Origin: Felis catus
Lineage: Eukaryota
Direction of reading: 5' to 3'
Assembly: GCF_018350175.1 (NCBI RefSeq)
Contig: NC_058368.1
Coordinates: forward strand, 184,948,001-185,012,000
DNA length: 64,000 nucleotides
Shown here: positions 13,915-26,600 of the stretch, in pieces
How the letters are laid out: every line of letters starts with the position of its first letter
Position numbering within the stretch: position 1 is the first letter of the stretch
Notes under the pieces: model-generated
Seen by the model: the letters and a program-made list of their open reading frames with translations, nothing else
Told to the model about the DNA's origin: nothing
Database searches by the model: none
Made by a program: the position numbers and the translations under genes

Positions 13915-14342
13915 TAAGTCTATTTATTTATTTTTGAGAGACACAGAGAGCATGAGCCAGGGAGAGGCAGAGAGAGTGGAAGAAAGAGAATCCCAAGCAG
14001 GCTCAGCACTGTCAGTGTGGAGACCATAGTGGGGCTCGAAATCATGAAACCACGAGATCGTAATCTGAGCTAACACCGAAAATTGGATGCTTAACCGAAT
14101 GAGCCTCCCAGGTGCACCAGTAAAAACTTTTTTTTTTTTAATGTTTATTTATTTTTGAGACAGAGAGAGACAGAGCATGAATGGGGGAGGGTCACAGAGA
14201 GAGGGAGACACAGAATCTGAAGCAGGCTCCAGGCTCTGAGCTGTCAGCACAGAGCCTGACGCAGGGCTCGAACTCATGGACCGTGAGATCATGACCTGAG
14301 CCGAAGTCAGACGCTTAACCGACTGAGCCACCCAGGCGCCCC
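13915..14342 (-). mobile_element. Two tandem CAN-SINEs
   Basis: Reverse bodies 13915-14118 and 14130-14342; cagtaaaaact flanks the second. Confidence 0.88.
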
Positions 14343-14749
14343 AGTAAAAACTGGTTTTAATCTAATTATTGCCTTTATTCAAAATAAGACATGTAATTTT
14401 GGTCTATGTCTTTTATATCCAACAGCCTTTCTGATACAATGGCCCTAAACTGAGTATCTATCTTTCCCATGTTAAATGGAAGAAAATGGATAAATATATT
14501 GAATGCAACCTGTTTTATGTACTTCTAAGTTGGGGAGGGAGGGGGCTACATAACTATCATATTTATTAATTTCCCACCTGATGGAATTTTCTATCAAGGA
14601 AGGCCTATTATTTAGGGGTTTTACACAAACTTGTATGTAATTTAGTTTTCTAAAAGTTATATAATTAGTTCAAAACATCAGAACTGTTTCTTCAAGAAAT
14701 TCAAGTCAAGAGATTTAAATCAGTTTCTTTTTAAATATTATTTTATTAA

Positions 14750-15139
14750 AAAAATTTAATTCCAGTACAGTTAACATACAGTGTTCTATTAGTTTCAGGT
14801 GTACAATACAGTGATTCAACACTTCCATACATCACCTGGTGCTAATCAGAACCCGTGCATCCTTATTCCCATCTCCTCTTTCACCCATCCCCACCCCACC
14901 CCCCTACTTCCTCTCTGGTAACCATCAGTTTGATCTCTATAATTAAGAGTCTGTTTCTGGGATTGTTTTTTTTTTCCCTTTGCTCATTTTCTTTTTTGTT
15001 TCTTAAATTCCATGTATGAATGAAATCATATGGTATCTGTCTTTCTCTGACTTATTTAGCTTAGCATTATATTCTCTAGCGCCATCTATGTAATTGCAAA
15101 TGGCAAGATTTTATTCTTTTTTATAGCTGAGTAATATTC

Positions 15140-15140
<1 letters not shown>
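14750..15140 (-). mobile_element. Carnivore L1 3' end, followed by (GT)n at 15142-15181
   Basis: ttagtttcaggtgtacaatacagtgattcaac...gcaaatggcaagattttattctttttt. Confidence 0.8.
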
Positions 15141-15183
<43 letters not shown>

Positions 15184-15219
15184 TTATTTGAATCAATGTG
15201 TAAGAAAAGACTGTCTGTA

Positions 15220-15870
15220 TTAGTGCTGCCTAATAAAAATATATCACAAACCACATATGTACTTTTTTAGTAGTTAATTTAAAAAGTAAAAATTTTAGGA
15301 GTACCTGGGTGGCTTAGTCGGTTAATCGTCTGACTTTGGCTCAGGTCATGATCTCACAGTTCATGAGTTCGAGCCTCACATTGGGCTCTGTGCTGACAGC
15401 TCAGAGCCTGGAGCCTGCTTCAGCTTCTGTGTCTCTCTCTCTCTCTCCCCCTCCCTGACTCTGTCTCTCTCAAAAATAAATATTAAAAAAATATGTACTT
15501 TTAAATAAAAAGTAAAAAAGTATTATTTCAACATGTCATTAGTATGAAATTATTAGTGAGATATTTTATATGTTTTGTACGAGGTCTATAAACTTTGGTT
15601 TGTATTTTACACTTACAGCGTATCTCAATTCAGATGCTTAAGTTTCATCAGAAATAGCCATCTATATTTAGATTTCATAAAATGTACAGATGAAAAAGTA
15701 GATGCACATTCCAAGTTGTTCCAAAAACATTTAAGTTTTCCAAGAATAGAATCAAGTATCAGTTTTTTATATATTACTTAAAATTAAATAGTATCAAAAA
15801 TTTAGCTGTTCACTTTGAAGTGCTCGATAGCCACATGTGGCTAATCATTTCCATACTGGATAATGAAGCC
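15220..15870 (+). mobile_element. Charlie/MER33-like DNA transposon interrupted by a CAN-SINE (15298-15490)
   Basis: Ends ...gtgctcgatagccacatgtggctaatcatttccatactgga; internal acacttacagcgtatctcaattcaga. Confidence 0.6.
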
Positions 15871-16509
15871 CTATAAAACAAGAAGCTTAGATAATCGCTA
15901 AATAAATGAACAAGTCTAAGCCTTGGTTTCCCAACTCTGAATCTTTTCCACATTTAACAAATCATTCTTTGCAACTCCTTAAGAAAGTACAACTTGCTTT
16001 ATAAACTAATGGAAACAGTGATAATAAATAGGCTGTTGTACAAGCCGCAACATGAAGTTAAGAATTTAATGTCCCACCACTCCTTGGCAGTCTTTGAATA
16101 GCAAATAAATCTCTTAGGCATTACAATACTTTTTTCCTTTTTCTTCAATATTTACCCTTCTGCACAAGTAAGCAAACAAAGCCAAAACAACTCAAACAAT
16201 GATAACTAATATATCAAAGCACTGCATACTTTTTAAAGGCTTACTAGGTGTTATAAAATTTATCTAGATAGAGAAATGACTGAGAAGTGGAGACCATTTT
16301 GTAATTCTGAACTCCAGACACATTTAAACAATGTATGTAGTAATGATGTAAACATAAATCTTGCTAGAGTCCTAATGATAATATTTTTATTAATTTATAG
16401 ATTTACTTATAACCTTATACACTTAACCCATTCTAGTCAAAGAAAATAAGTTTTGGAAATGTTTTCATGATTTAGGTACTAAACCAGGTAGAATATCAGA
16501 GTTCCTCAC

Positions 16510-16589
16510 CTTTAATCCCAAAGTCTTAACTTTTCTTGCTGAAGCAGGCAAGGTAATATCTTTGTCAACATTAAGATTTTGTTGAGATT
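16510..16589 (-). CDS. HMMR: HMMR exon 3
   Basis: ttattttag acceptor, gtgagg donor; 80 nt; (E)SQQNLNVDKDITLPASARKVKTLGLK; restores phase 0. Confidence 0.95.
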
Positions 16590-17056
16590 CTAAAATAAAA
16601 TAAATTGTACAGATTTTAGTTGGCACTTACATGTTTGAAACACAGATAAAACCCAATTTCCAAATTTCTTATTATAATTATTAGTGAAGTAGTATTAAAG
16701 TTATTTTTTCTGACTGTATATGTCCAAATAATTAGTTGTACAATAGTGTTTACACATCTAATACTTTTCTGATTTTCCTAATATTCCCTGATGGAAAGTT
16801 AAGGTGATTACCAAAAGGGAAACTATGTATCTATGTGAGTGTCTTGCTTAACTTTCCTGGTTACACAACAGTGAAATGATTAAAGCATTAGTCTGCAGTT
16901 GACTCTTTTGTAAATTCATCAAATAAGAAAATTTAAATATAACTGTAGCTTTGCATTTTTAGAAATACTATAGCATCTTTTAATTTAAATACTGTTACTC
17001 ATAATTTTACAGCTTATGAGATCATATAACCATTATGTTATTTGGGAATCTGTTAC

Positions 17057-17155
17057 CTTTCTGTTTTTTAAATCTTTGTGATTTCTGAAAAGATACCGGT
17101 CCTTTCAATACTTCTGAAGTTGTAACATCATAAGCACCTGGAGATGGTGCACAAC
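17057..17155 (-). CDS. HMMR: HMMR exon 2
   Basis: ttcctgtag acceptor, gtaaca donor; 99 nt; (G)CAPSPGAYDVTTSEVLKGPVSFQKSQRFKKQK. Confidence 0.96.
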
Positions 17156-18209
17156 CTACAGGAAACATAAAACATTAATTAATGTCTCATCTTATGCTAC
17201 TTACGATCTTAAGTTAAAAACATGTTATAGTATAATGAGTAATATAAATGTAAAATGCCATTAATAAATTGTTTGTTTTTTCAGGGGTTCCTGGGTGGCT
17301 CAGTTGATTGAGCGTCCGACTTGAGCTCAGGTCATATAAAGCCCTGCATCAGACTTGTTGCTGTAAGCACAGTGTCCACCTCAGATCCTCTCTGCCCCTC
17401 TCTCTGTGCCCTCCCCCATTCACGTGCTTTCAAAAATTAAAAAAGAAAAAAAAAAACAATAAAACCTAAACATTAAAATAGTTTGTTTTTTCAAATGTAA
17501 AAATTTGATATTACAAAACAGGCCTCTTTATGAAGAAAACATCATTATCTTCCCAAATGATCTTTATTTCAATGAGTCAAAGGAACACAGGCAACTGAGC
17601 AAAACAGCAAAGACAGTCTTGAAATAAACATCAGGAAAGAACAAGCAACACGGCTTTGTTATTAAGGATTGAATATAAGAAAAAAAGATTTGGAATCAAC
17701 CCTACCCAAAAAGAGTCACAAGTAATTACCATCAGATTCTAGAAATGAATAATGATCATTTTATATGTACTCACACAAAGATTCCAATACTGGGAGCTTT
17801 TAGATCTAAATGTGGTCAATAAGGGGTTGAGGTAGTAGATTTCCAATCAGGAAAGAGTCTCAAAATGAAGTACAGAATTCAATGGGGGCATCTAAGGTAA
17901 AGGCAGACTTAGAAACATTAGTCTTGGCTAGCTCAGATCTCTCACACTCCACCAACTGTTTACACCCTGGGGTAAACAGGAGGCTGACAGCGGTTTCCCT
18001 AAAATCAGTTTAAGGGTCGCACATCTTCAAGCACCTATGTCACCCATTTGGAATAGGGATCAGCAGAAGCAGCGCAGAACATATCATATTTTAAAGTAAC
18101 AAGAGACTTCAAAGAAAACTGCCAGCACTGTTGCCCTTTTTGGGGAGGTGGGGATGAGTGTATGCAGAACGTGTGGCTATTCTTTGCTCCCTGCTTTTGT
18201 TTTTTATCT

Positions 18210-18510
18210 ACAAATGTTTGTTTATTTCTTTATTTATTTAGAGTATGAACAAGTGGGGCAGGGACAGAGAAAGAGGGAGAATCCCAAGCAGCTCTACGTT
18301 GTCAGCACTGAGCCTGATGTGGGGCTCAAACTCACCAACTGTGAGATCATGACCCAAGATGAAACCAGGAGTTTGACGCTTAACCGACTAAGCCACCCAG
18401 ATGCCCCATAAAAGTTTTTTTTTAAAGCTGTAGGCCCAAGCTGGGGCTTGAACTTACAACCCTGAGATCAAGAGTCACATGCTCTACCAAGTGAGCCAGC
18501 AAGATGCCCT
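18210..18510 (-). mobile_element. Two adjacent CAN-SINEs
   Basis: Reverse bodies ending ccacccagatgcccc and ccagcaagatgccc. Confidence 0.8.
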
Positions 18511-21195
18511 GCTCTCTGCTTTTAGGAATGTTTCTGTGGCAAAGTGTGAGAAGCACTGGTCTAGACTTGTCAGAGCAGCCAGAAGATAAAATGCTGTTGA
18601 ATTCTTGTATTCTGGTTCATCATTAGGTCTACACTCTCAAAAGGGGATATGGGCCAGCGAAAGATCAGATGGCGTACAGTGACTAAGCAGCATCACGCGA
18701 GTTGAGAACAATTAAAATCACACTTAACAAAAACTTCCCTAAAGAGCAAAGAAATCCCATTTGATACTTATGGGGATTTAGATTCAAGAACTAGGTTGAA
18801 ATCCAGGCTTTGTGAGACTGTAGTATGTGCTATTTTCATGCTCTGGGTCTTTTCCTTACTAACGCTTAAATGTACGACATCACAGATACATAGGACTTGC
18901 TAGAAATGTGGGGAGAGGGGACATTAGACAAACGGGATGGGATATCCTGGGAGATAACACAAGCTTTCTGGCACAACTTCTATTTCGATCAACAATAATC
19001 GGAAGCTAACACAGGCAGTCAATACTTGTAAACAAACCAAACATTTTATGTATTACATTAAATAAATGCTTCAAACTTCCAGATCTCTTTATTTTCTATT
19101 TCTTCCACCTCGAATGGACAGCCCACCTTCCAGTTTGCCTGGCTAACTCTCACTTACCTTTCAGATCTCAGCCTCTTCCAGTTTTCTCTGAATCCCCAAA
19201 TCAGGTTGGAAACCTCCCTCCATAGCAGCCTGTGAATAGTGTTCTTATCAAAGAACTTGACACTTTTGTAATGGCTTTTAATACACTTATCCATCTCCCA
19301 AATCAGATAATGTACTTACTCATCTTGCAAGTTAGATAAAATTGGTTGAAGTTAGAAACTCTCTTGATCATGCCTGTATCCCCAGTATTTGGCTCAGGGT
19401 TGAGCTTGGAGTATGGTGAAGAAAACATAGAAAGTCACTGGGGATGTCAGAATGGGAATAGAGTTTTGTAATTCCTCCAATCAGGCTTCAAATCCAGCCT
19501 TGTATGCCAATCAATAGACATTACTATGTGCCAAGTACTTTCAGTCATAGGGGAAAGATGGGAACATTATACTCTCTGATTTTCTAATCTACCTTTAAGA
19601 CCCCTGTTAAGTTATTTTTATTCAAGGCTGAATTCCTCAGTTGTGAAACAGGAATAAGGGTATCTACCTCATAGTTGTTGGGGTTACTGGAGTAATAAGA
19701 GAAATCACTACAGTGCTCACATATGCACAAAGCATCAAATAAATGATAACTATTATTACTCCTGAAACTGTGAATCTGAAATATTGTAACACTGGTAAAG
19801 GCAATTTAATCTATTATAAAGAAAATAAAATTCTCCTTAAAAGACACACTGCTGAGAGAATTTAGAGAAGGTTCTTTGAATATCCAGGAAATATACATGC
19901 CCTGAATCTCTTAATTTAGAAAATATGCTTGTGCTGATCCATTTGTCACTTGGCTTTTGTTTGTGAACAAAGTGATTCTTATTTCCACTTGCATGTTGGC
20001 TCGCAAGTTAAAGATGTAACAAATGATCATTAAAAAGTGTGTATTATTGGAGAGCTGGGTGGCTCAGATCATGATCTTACAGCTCCGGAGTTCAAGCCCC
20101 GCATCAGACTCTGAGCTGACAGCACAGAGCCTGCTTCAGATCCTGTCTCTGTCTCTGCCCTCCCTTGTCTGTGTGTTTCTCTCAAAAATAAACTAAAAAA
20201 ACATTAAAAATATGTATTATAATGGGTAACGGATAAATCAGGGGCTTTGATGTTCAGCCCTCCCCCTCACTTGCTGCTCAGTACAGTTACAAAACTCCTC
20301 CATTTCCTCAAGTGTACAATGAGGACAATGTCAGTACCTTTCTCACCTGGCTGTTGGAAAGAGTAAACCAGACCGAAGAGGGAAGACCTGAGCACAGTCC
20401 CTGCATACAGTTTGTGTCTACTGAATGAGTGCCTCACCAACCACATCTGAGTCTTACGGCTATTGTGCTTATGCCCTACAGTGGTTAAGAGCACAGGATG
20501 GATTCATGGAGGCCGGGTTTCATGTCCTAGTTCTGCTAGTTTGGTTGTGTAACGCTGAGCAAATCTCAGTCTCAGTATTTTTGTCACTAAAATATTGAAT
20601 AACAGGATGACCTCTCAGGAATGTTGGACAATTAAAGAAGAATTAACTGTAAATACTTAGCATGGTACTGTTGATGTGACCTGTTACTACTTCATTAATG
20701 TTCTCAGTAAGCGCAGCTACCATAATTTTACCCAAAAACTGCCGTTCCCAATCAGCATTCTTGTATTCCTGAGTGGAATATCTACAAGAAACCCACAAGT
20801 TCATACGAAAAAGCAGTGGTCAATTTTTTTTTTTTTTTTTAAATAAGTGAGGCCTTCTGGGCTTGACCACCAAATACCTACCAAATAGCTTCCTTATCCC
20901 CATCCCCTTCCCTCTGCTTTAGTTTCTCCACAGACTAATTGTTTATTGGCTGTACTGTCCATTTGAATGCAAGCTACTTGGGCAGGGACTTTGCTTCATT
21001 CGCTGCTGTATCCTTCTCACTCTGAATAGTGCTAGGCATGTAGTAAATGCTTCGTATAAATCCCAGAAAAACTAGTCAGTTGAAGGAGACCCATCCTAGC
21101 CCTAAAATCGCCTATTTGCCTCTGATGAAGGGAACCGAGAGGGGCAAGGTGCGTGACACCATATCCCATCCCCCAGCTCCTTTCCCTGTACGCAC

Positions 21196-21241
21196 CAGAA
21201 GGGTCATTGAATCGTTTCAGGGGCGCCTTAGGAAAGGACAT
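21196..21241 (-). CDS. HMMR: HMMR (RHAMM) coding exon 1
   Basis: ATG at 21241 encodes MSFPKAPLKRFNDPS(G), the recognisable HMMR N-terminus; donor GTGCGT at 21195; 46 coding nt. Confidence 0.97.
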
Positions 21242-21906
21242 GTTGACGACCAGCTCCACAAACCGAAGGTCATTAGCGGTCCTCGGCAACTTCCCGCTGC
21301 CTTACAGCCTACTCGCTCCAAATTCAAATCTCCCCGCTTATTCCCCGCCCACCTTCACGTCAGCAGGTTCGAAAACCAAAACCCTGGGCACACCAATCCA
21401 GGACGGGAACAGCTAAAGAGCATGCGCACCTGGCCTCGCAGCATGTAATTAGCGGTTCCGTGAGTTCCGGTTACTAGCCAATAGGAGACTATTACTGCCT
21501 CCTCCCTTCCCCACCCCAAGCAGTGTCCAATCATTCTTGGCGTTACTCAATTGTAACTTACAGAAGAGCAGCATTTGCGCAAGCGCATTTCATAGCTGAA
21601 AAGGTCGGAAGTCCGCCTTTGGCGTCATATAGGTGGCAGTGCAGGGAGTTCTAGTTTCACTGGTTCCAACCTCCTCTCGCCGTTCCTTGGGTGTAAACCC
21701 CCCCGGGTTTCAGTTCTTTCAAACCGGCTACTGAAAGGGTCCTAAATGACCATTGAAAAGGAAAAAGGAATACGCTGAGACGTCGCTTACGTCCCTGCGC
21801 ATGTGCAGTGACCTGAGCGGCCTGTCCAGGGCGTGGCCTAAGCGTGGACGCTCCGCGCGTGCGCTCACCTCGCTTCTTGTGGCTGCAGCTGGGAGGCTAC
21901 TGGAGT
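21242..21906. promoter_or_regulatory. Bidirectional CpG-rich promoter and 5' UTRs of HMMR (-) and NUDCD2 (+)
   Basis: Divergent ATGs ~665 bp apart; CCAAT at 21393, 21478, 21527; GC box 21343-21350; NRF1-like TGCGCAnGYGCA at 21576 and 21796; ETS CGGAAGT at 21606; CHR TTTGAA (-) at 21323-21328. Confidence 0.9.
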
Positions 21907-22095
21907 ATGTCTGCCCCGTTTGAGGAACGCAGTGGGGTGGTTCCTTGCGGGACGCCGTGGGGTCAGTGGTACCAGACCTTGGAGGAGGTGTTCATTGAAG
22001 TTCAGGTGCCGCCAGGCACTCGCGCCCAGGATATCCAGTGCGGCCTGCAGAGCCGGCATGTGGCGCTGGCCGTGGGTGGTCGCGAGATCCTTAAG
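21907..22095 (+). CDS. NUDCD2: NUDCD2 coding exon 1
   Basis: ATG 21907: MSAPFEERSGVVPCGTPWGQWYQTLEEVFIEVQVPPGTRAQD...REILK (CS/p23-like domain); donor gtagcg. Confidence 0.96.
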
Positions 22096-23905
22096 GTAGC
22101 GGCAAGTCGGGGCTTGTGCCCAGTTTCTTCCTGGCCTCTAAGTCCCCGAGTCCTAAGGTTCAGGGTTTCCGTGGAAAGACCTGGAAGGCCGAATGGCTCC
22201 TTGCCCGAAAGAGCTATAGCATTGGCCTAATTTTGTTCTTGTCGGAGCCCCCACTCAAGGCTGGTCCTGAGTTGAGTGGAGATTTGAGGAGCCCAATTTT
22301 CTGGCTTTCTCAACCAAATAAAACTGCTTCTTTTGTTCCTCTGCGGGTCTTCACCTGGATCTTTAAAGGAACAAATGTTTATTGTACATATATTTTCGTC
22401 CAGGCACTGATTTAGGTGCTAAGAGGTCAGAGGTGAATAAGACATACGTTTCTTGCACACAGATTATGTTCTTGTAGGGAGGCATAATAAAACTAAGCTA
22501 ATAAATGTTTAGGAAGTCACGGAAAAGTAAAGAAGAAAGTAAGGGATAAGGATATAGGGATGAGGATTCAGAGACGATATCAGGTGATTTATTTTTTCAT
22601 CAAAATGAGACAAAAATCTGCATGTTTGTGGAGTGGTTAAGCAGATAGTCTAGGGTTGTTTGGAGAGAATAATACTTCTTTTATTCTCATCATGCCCCTT
22701 AGATCTGAGAACTGCATTTTCCTGGATAAGCTTTATAGTTAAATTCAATTACGTCGAAGTTGGACTTCTTTCCCAGATTACATACTGACGATGTTTGACG
22801 ATAGTGAAGCGAAGGGAGATTCCTTGATGCAGGATACCTGGCTCTGCCATTTCTCTAATTTTGTAACCTTGGGCAAGAGATTATTCTGTGTCCCTATGCC
22901 TTCATCCACAAAGTGTGATAATTATAGTACCTTTCTGATAGGATTGTTTTGAGCATTAGGTGCTATCCATGGGAATTAAGAGTTTGGGCAAGTGCCTGGT
23001 ATGTAATGAGTTCACATGCTAGCTGTTACTGTTATTTTTAATATGGAAGTGCTTTAAGTGTCTCAGAGAAAAGGAGAGAGTCATGTGGAAGACATTGATT
23101 TATGTCCGCTTGGATTTTAATGACCTTTCTGATTGGTTGTGCAGTTTGTGGTTTCCTGAACAGTGGTTTAAGATTACCGTTCAAATTTCCCTTAGTAATT
23201 TCAGAACTTTAGCAGTGACTTTAACAGTAACTTTATTTACAATTTAGCAGTAACTTCAACTTCAGGATTTTAGATACATGTTTAGACTAGTAAGATTTTT
23301 TTCTCACTGGTGTTGAAATACGAAAAAATGTGTTTGCTTTAATGTGGCATTTTAATTTTATTTCCTAAAACTTAAATTTGGCAAGTAGCAACAAATCAAA
23401 ATGGATATGAGCAGATGCATTCTCTTTTAAACTTATGTTCTGTTGATTTCTTTCTTAAACAACAGTTTCATCACAGCTTATCTGAAATCAGAACTACAGT
23501 ATGTGCTTTAAAAATTTTTTAGTGCTACATTGCCCAACAATTTGAACCAGATTTTTGAAGTTTATTTTAAAAGACATCATTTCTTAATTTCAGCAGGGAA
23601 GCTCTTGTAGTTCATTTTAATTGGTAAAGTCAAAGCATTTCAGATATTAATTTCACATTTGGCTGCTAAGTGATCAGTGATATTTATTCATCTCCTGAAA
23701 ATTAAGGAGTTCTGATCTTTCTTTTGAGAGCCCTGTGTTGTCAGTAAATATTCCAAGCAGTGTAAACTAGGTTGCATTTCACTTGCTACGAGGAAAGATA
23801 GGGTTGAACACCTATCAATATGTTGAAATGGTATAAAATTTTATCTCCCTACCATAACCAAGCTAGACAACTAACATCTGGATTAGATAGGAAATTAGCA
23901 AAGTT

Positions 23906-24063
23906 GGGGCACTTGGGTGGTCAGTTAAGCGTCTAATTTTGGCTCAGGTCATGATCTCACAGTTCGTGAGTTTGAGCCCTCGTTGGGCTCTGTGCCAATA
24001 GCTTGGAGCCTGGAGCATGGTTTGGATTCTGTGTCTCGCTCTGTGACCCTCTCCCACTTGCAC

Positions 24064-24103
<40 letters not shown>

Positions 24104-24130
24104 AAAAATAGATAAACATTAAAAAAAAAT
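23906..24130 (+). mobile_element. CAN-SINE in NUDCD2 intron 1
   Basis: Head, (CTGT)n(CT)n, A tail; aggaaatt(a/g)gcaaa on both flanks. Confidence 0.88.
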
Positions 24131-24285
24131 TGTAAACAAAAAGGAAATTGGCAAACTCTTAAATCATGAAAGTCTTATAAAAATTAATGACATTAATGTT
24201 TTCAGTACATAGATATTTCATGTACTAAAATAAACATTTTTATTTATTTATTTTTTGTACTAAAATAAATATGTTTATTTTTCAG

Positions 24286-24334
24286 GGCAAACTCTTTGAT
24301 TCTACAATAGCTGATGAGGGAACATGGACTTTGG
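24286..24334 (+). CDS. NUDCD2: NUDCD2 exon 2
   Basis: ttttcag acceptor, gtaagg donor; 49 nt; GKLFDSTIADEGTWTL(E). Confidence 0.96.
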
Positions 24335-24539
24335 GTAAGGGTGATCTATAATTGTTGGAATCTTTTTAAAAATTAATCTTGTCTTCAAACTTAGTATGTT
24401 TCTTCTGTAGTATCAGGTTCTTTGTCTTTGCAGCTCTGGAAGATAGAGTGATAGAAATGTATTGTAAATAGTTACCTAATGGTTTTTGAAAATATACAAT
24501 TTTATGATGAACTCTAATTTCTTTGTGTTTTTTGTTTAG

Positions 24540-24691
24540 AGGACAGAAAAATGGTCCGTATTGTTCTTACAAAGACAAAGAGAGATGCAGCAAATTGTTG
24601 GACTTCTCTTCTAGAATCTGAATATGCAGCTGATCCTTGGGTGCAAGACCAAATGCAGAGAAAACTTACATTAGAAAGATTCCAGAAAGAA
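24540..24691 (+). CDS. NUDCD2: NUDCD2 exon 3
   Basis: tgtttag acceptor, gtaagt donor; 152 nt; DRKMVRIVLTKTKRDAANCWTSLLESEYAADPWVQDQMQRKLTLERFQKE. Confidence 0.96.
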
Positions 24692-25339
24692 GTAAGTCAG
24701 ATGAGTGTATGAATATGTATTGTTAAGCATTTTAAGATCATAGAAAAATTATTTTTTGAAATTAAAACTCAAATTTGGTTACAGAAAAATCACAAAAGTT
24801 CTTTAAAGGAGTTTTTAAAATTAAATGGTTAGAAAAATTACTGGTCTTTTTTTGTGGATTTTAGTTTTTCAAAATTTCTGGGGAGGGTTTTGTTTGTACT
24901 GCCATAGTTTATAAGTTTAAATTTATTTAATGTACACCAGTAATGCACAAGTGAACTCATAAAAATTTAATTAGTATAGACTTACATAGTGTAAAAAAGT
25001 TATAGGTTCCTTTCATTAACATCTCTCCATTCCTTGCTTCTGTTTCATTTTTATCTCATTGATATATTGGCTTGCTGCTTTGTTTGTAACATAAATGCAG
25101 GATCACACTATATGTATTGTTTGTTTTTTTTCTCCTTCTAAGTGCTTCAGAATGTTTTCTCGTTTGACTGTATCATCGTTATTTATTTAGCTCTTCCCTT
25201 TTGATAAGATTTGGATTTTTCGATTTGTATCTGTTTCACAGTTTGTTCTTTCATCTTTTTGAAACTATTCCAGTGTTCCATTAATTTATCTAGGAGAAGA
25301 ATTACTGGATCAAAGCACTCTTCAAATTTTGATGGATAA

Positions 25340-26600
25340 TTTCTATGTATATAATGGTGATTTCCTAATTTGTATCTCCAGTCTAGACTTTTCTCCCAAG
25401 TATTGGACTCACGTTTCTAGTTGCATATTCAGCATCTCCACTTGTCGATCTGACCTATCAGACTCAACATACTCAACATGAACTTCCTAACTTCCTCCCA
25501 CACTTGTTATACCTCTAGCCTTCTCATCTTGGTTGATAGAAACTGCTTGTTCAGAAATGGGAAATCATCCTTCATTCCTAGCTCTCTCTCACACACTGTA
25601 TCCAATTTGTTAGGAAACCTTACTGGCACTACCTTCCAAGTATATTCAGAATTTGTCCACTTGTCACCACCAACTTTCCAACCACTCTGATCTGGACCAC
25701 CTGTAATGTCTTGCCTAGGTTACTCTAATAGCCTTCTAATGGTTTTCGTCTACCCTTGCCAAGCTGCAGTGTTCTCAAAACAGCATAGCAGTCCTTTTAA
25801 AAATGCAAGTCAGAACACATCGCTTCTCTTCTCAGAACTCTTTCACTCTAGTAAAAGACAAAGTTTTTTTTCCAGGCCCTATCTGATATGGTCTTCCATG
25901 ATCTCCCTGACTTCTTCTCCTGCAGCTGTCTGCTTCAGTCATTTTACCTTAGTCATATTGTATTACCTTAGCCTTTTTGTATTTTTGAATATTCCAGGCC
26001 ATTCCTTTTCTGTCCTTTTGACTACAGTGTTCTCCCAAAGCTTGGCTGACTTCTTCATTGTTTTCAAGTCATTGCCCCGTAAAGCTTATTTTGATCTTTG
26101 ATCATCCTATTTAAATACTATAATCTCATTTCCCTTACTTTGCTCGCCCTTCCTTCCTTCCTTCCTTCCTTCCTTCCTTCCTTCCTTCCTTCCTTCCTGG
26201 CACTTGCACCAACTGCTAACGCTCTGGATCACGGGCTGGCAAGCTATGGTCCATGGGTGAAATCTGGCCAACTCCCAGTTTTTGAAGTGAAGTTATACTG
26301 CAATACAGCTATGCTTGTTCTTTTGGTATTTTCTTTCATATAGCGATACCAGACTTCAGTAGTTATGGCAGAGACTATGCGGCCTTCATAGCCTAAAATA
26401 TTTACTACTTGGCTCTTTACAGAAAAGTTGGCCAACCCCTCTACTAGCTAACTTACAGTTTTATTGTTTGTGTTCTCCTATAACAATGGCAGCTCCACCA
26501 GTGCAGGGATCTTTGTTTTATTCTCTCTTGAATTCCACGTGCTTCTAATGGTGTCTTCCAAACAGTTGGAACTCAGTAAATGTTTGTTGAATAAGTGAAA
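25340..26600 (+). mobile_element. L2 fragments with an inserted MER58-like element (~26230-26440) and (CCTT)n
   Basis: L2 3' end (aactcagtaaatgtttgttgaata); MER58-like end aatatttactacttggctctttacagaaaagttggccaacccct. Confidence 0.65.

Noticed and set aside
21047..21448. 133-aa plus-strand ORF antisense to HMMR exon 1
   Set aside because: GC-rich promoter sequence with few stops; no recognisable protein
21844..21906. In-frame GTG-initiated N-terminal extension of NUDCD2 (and a TTG extension of HMMR at 21289)
   Set aside because: Non-AUG starts from the ORF caller; the AUG-initiated products match the expected proteins, and the TSS positions are unknown
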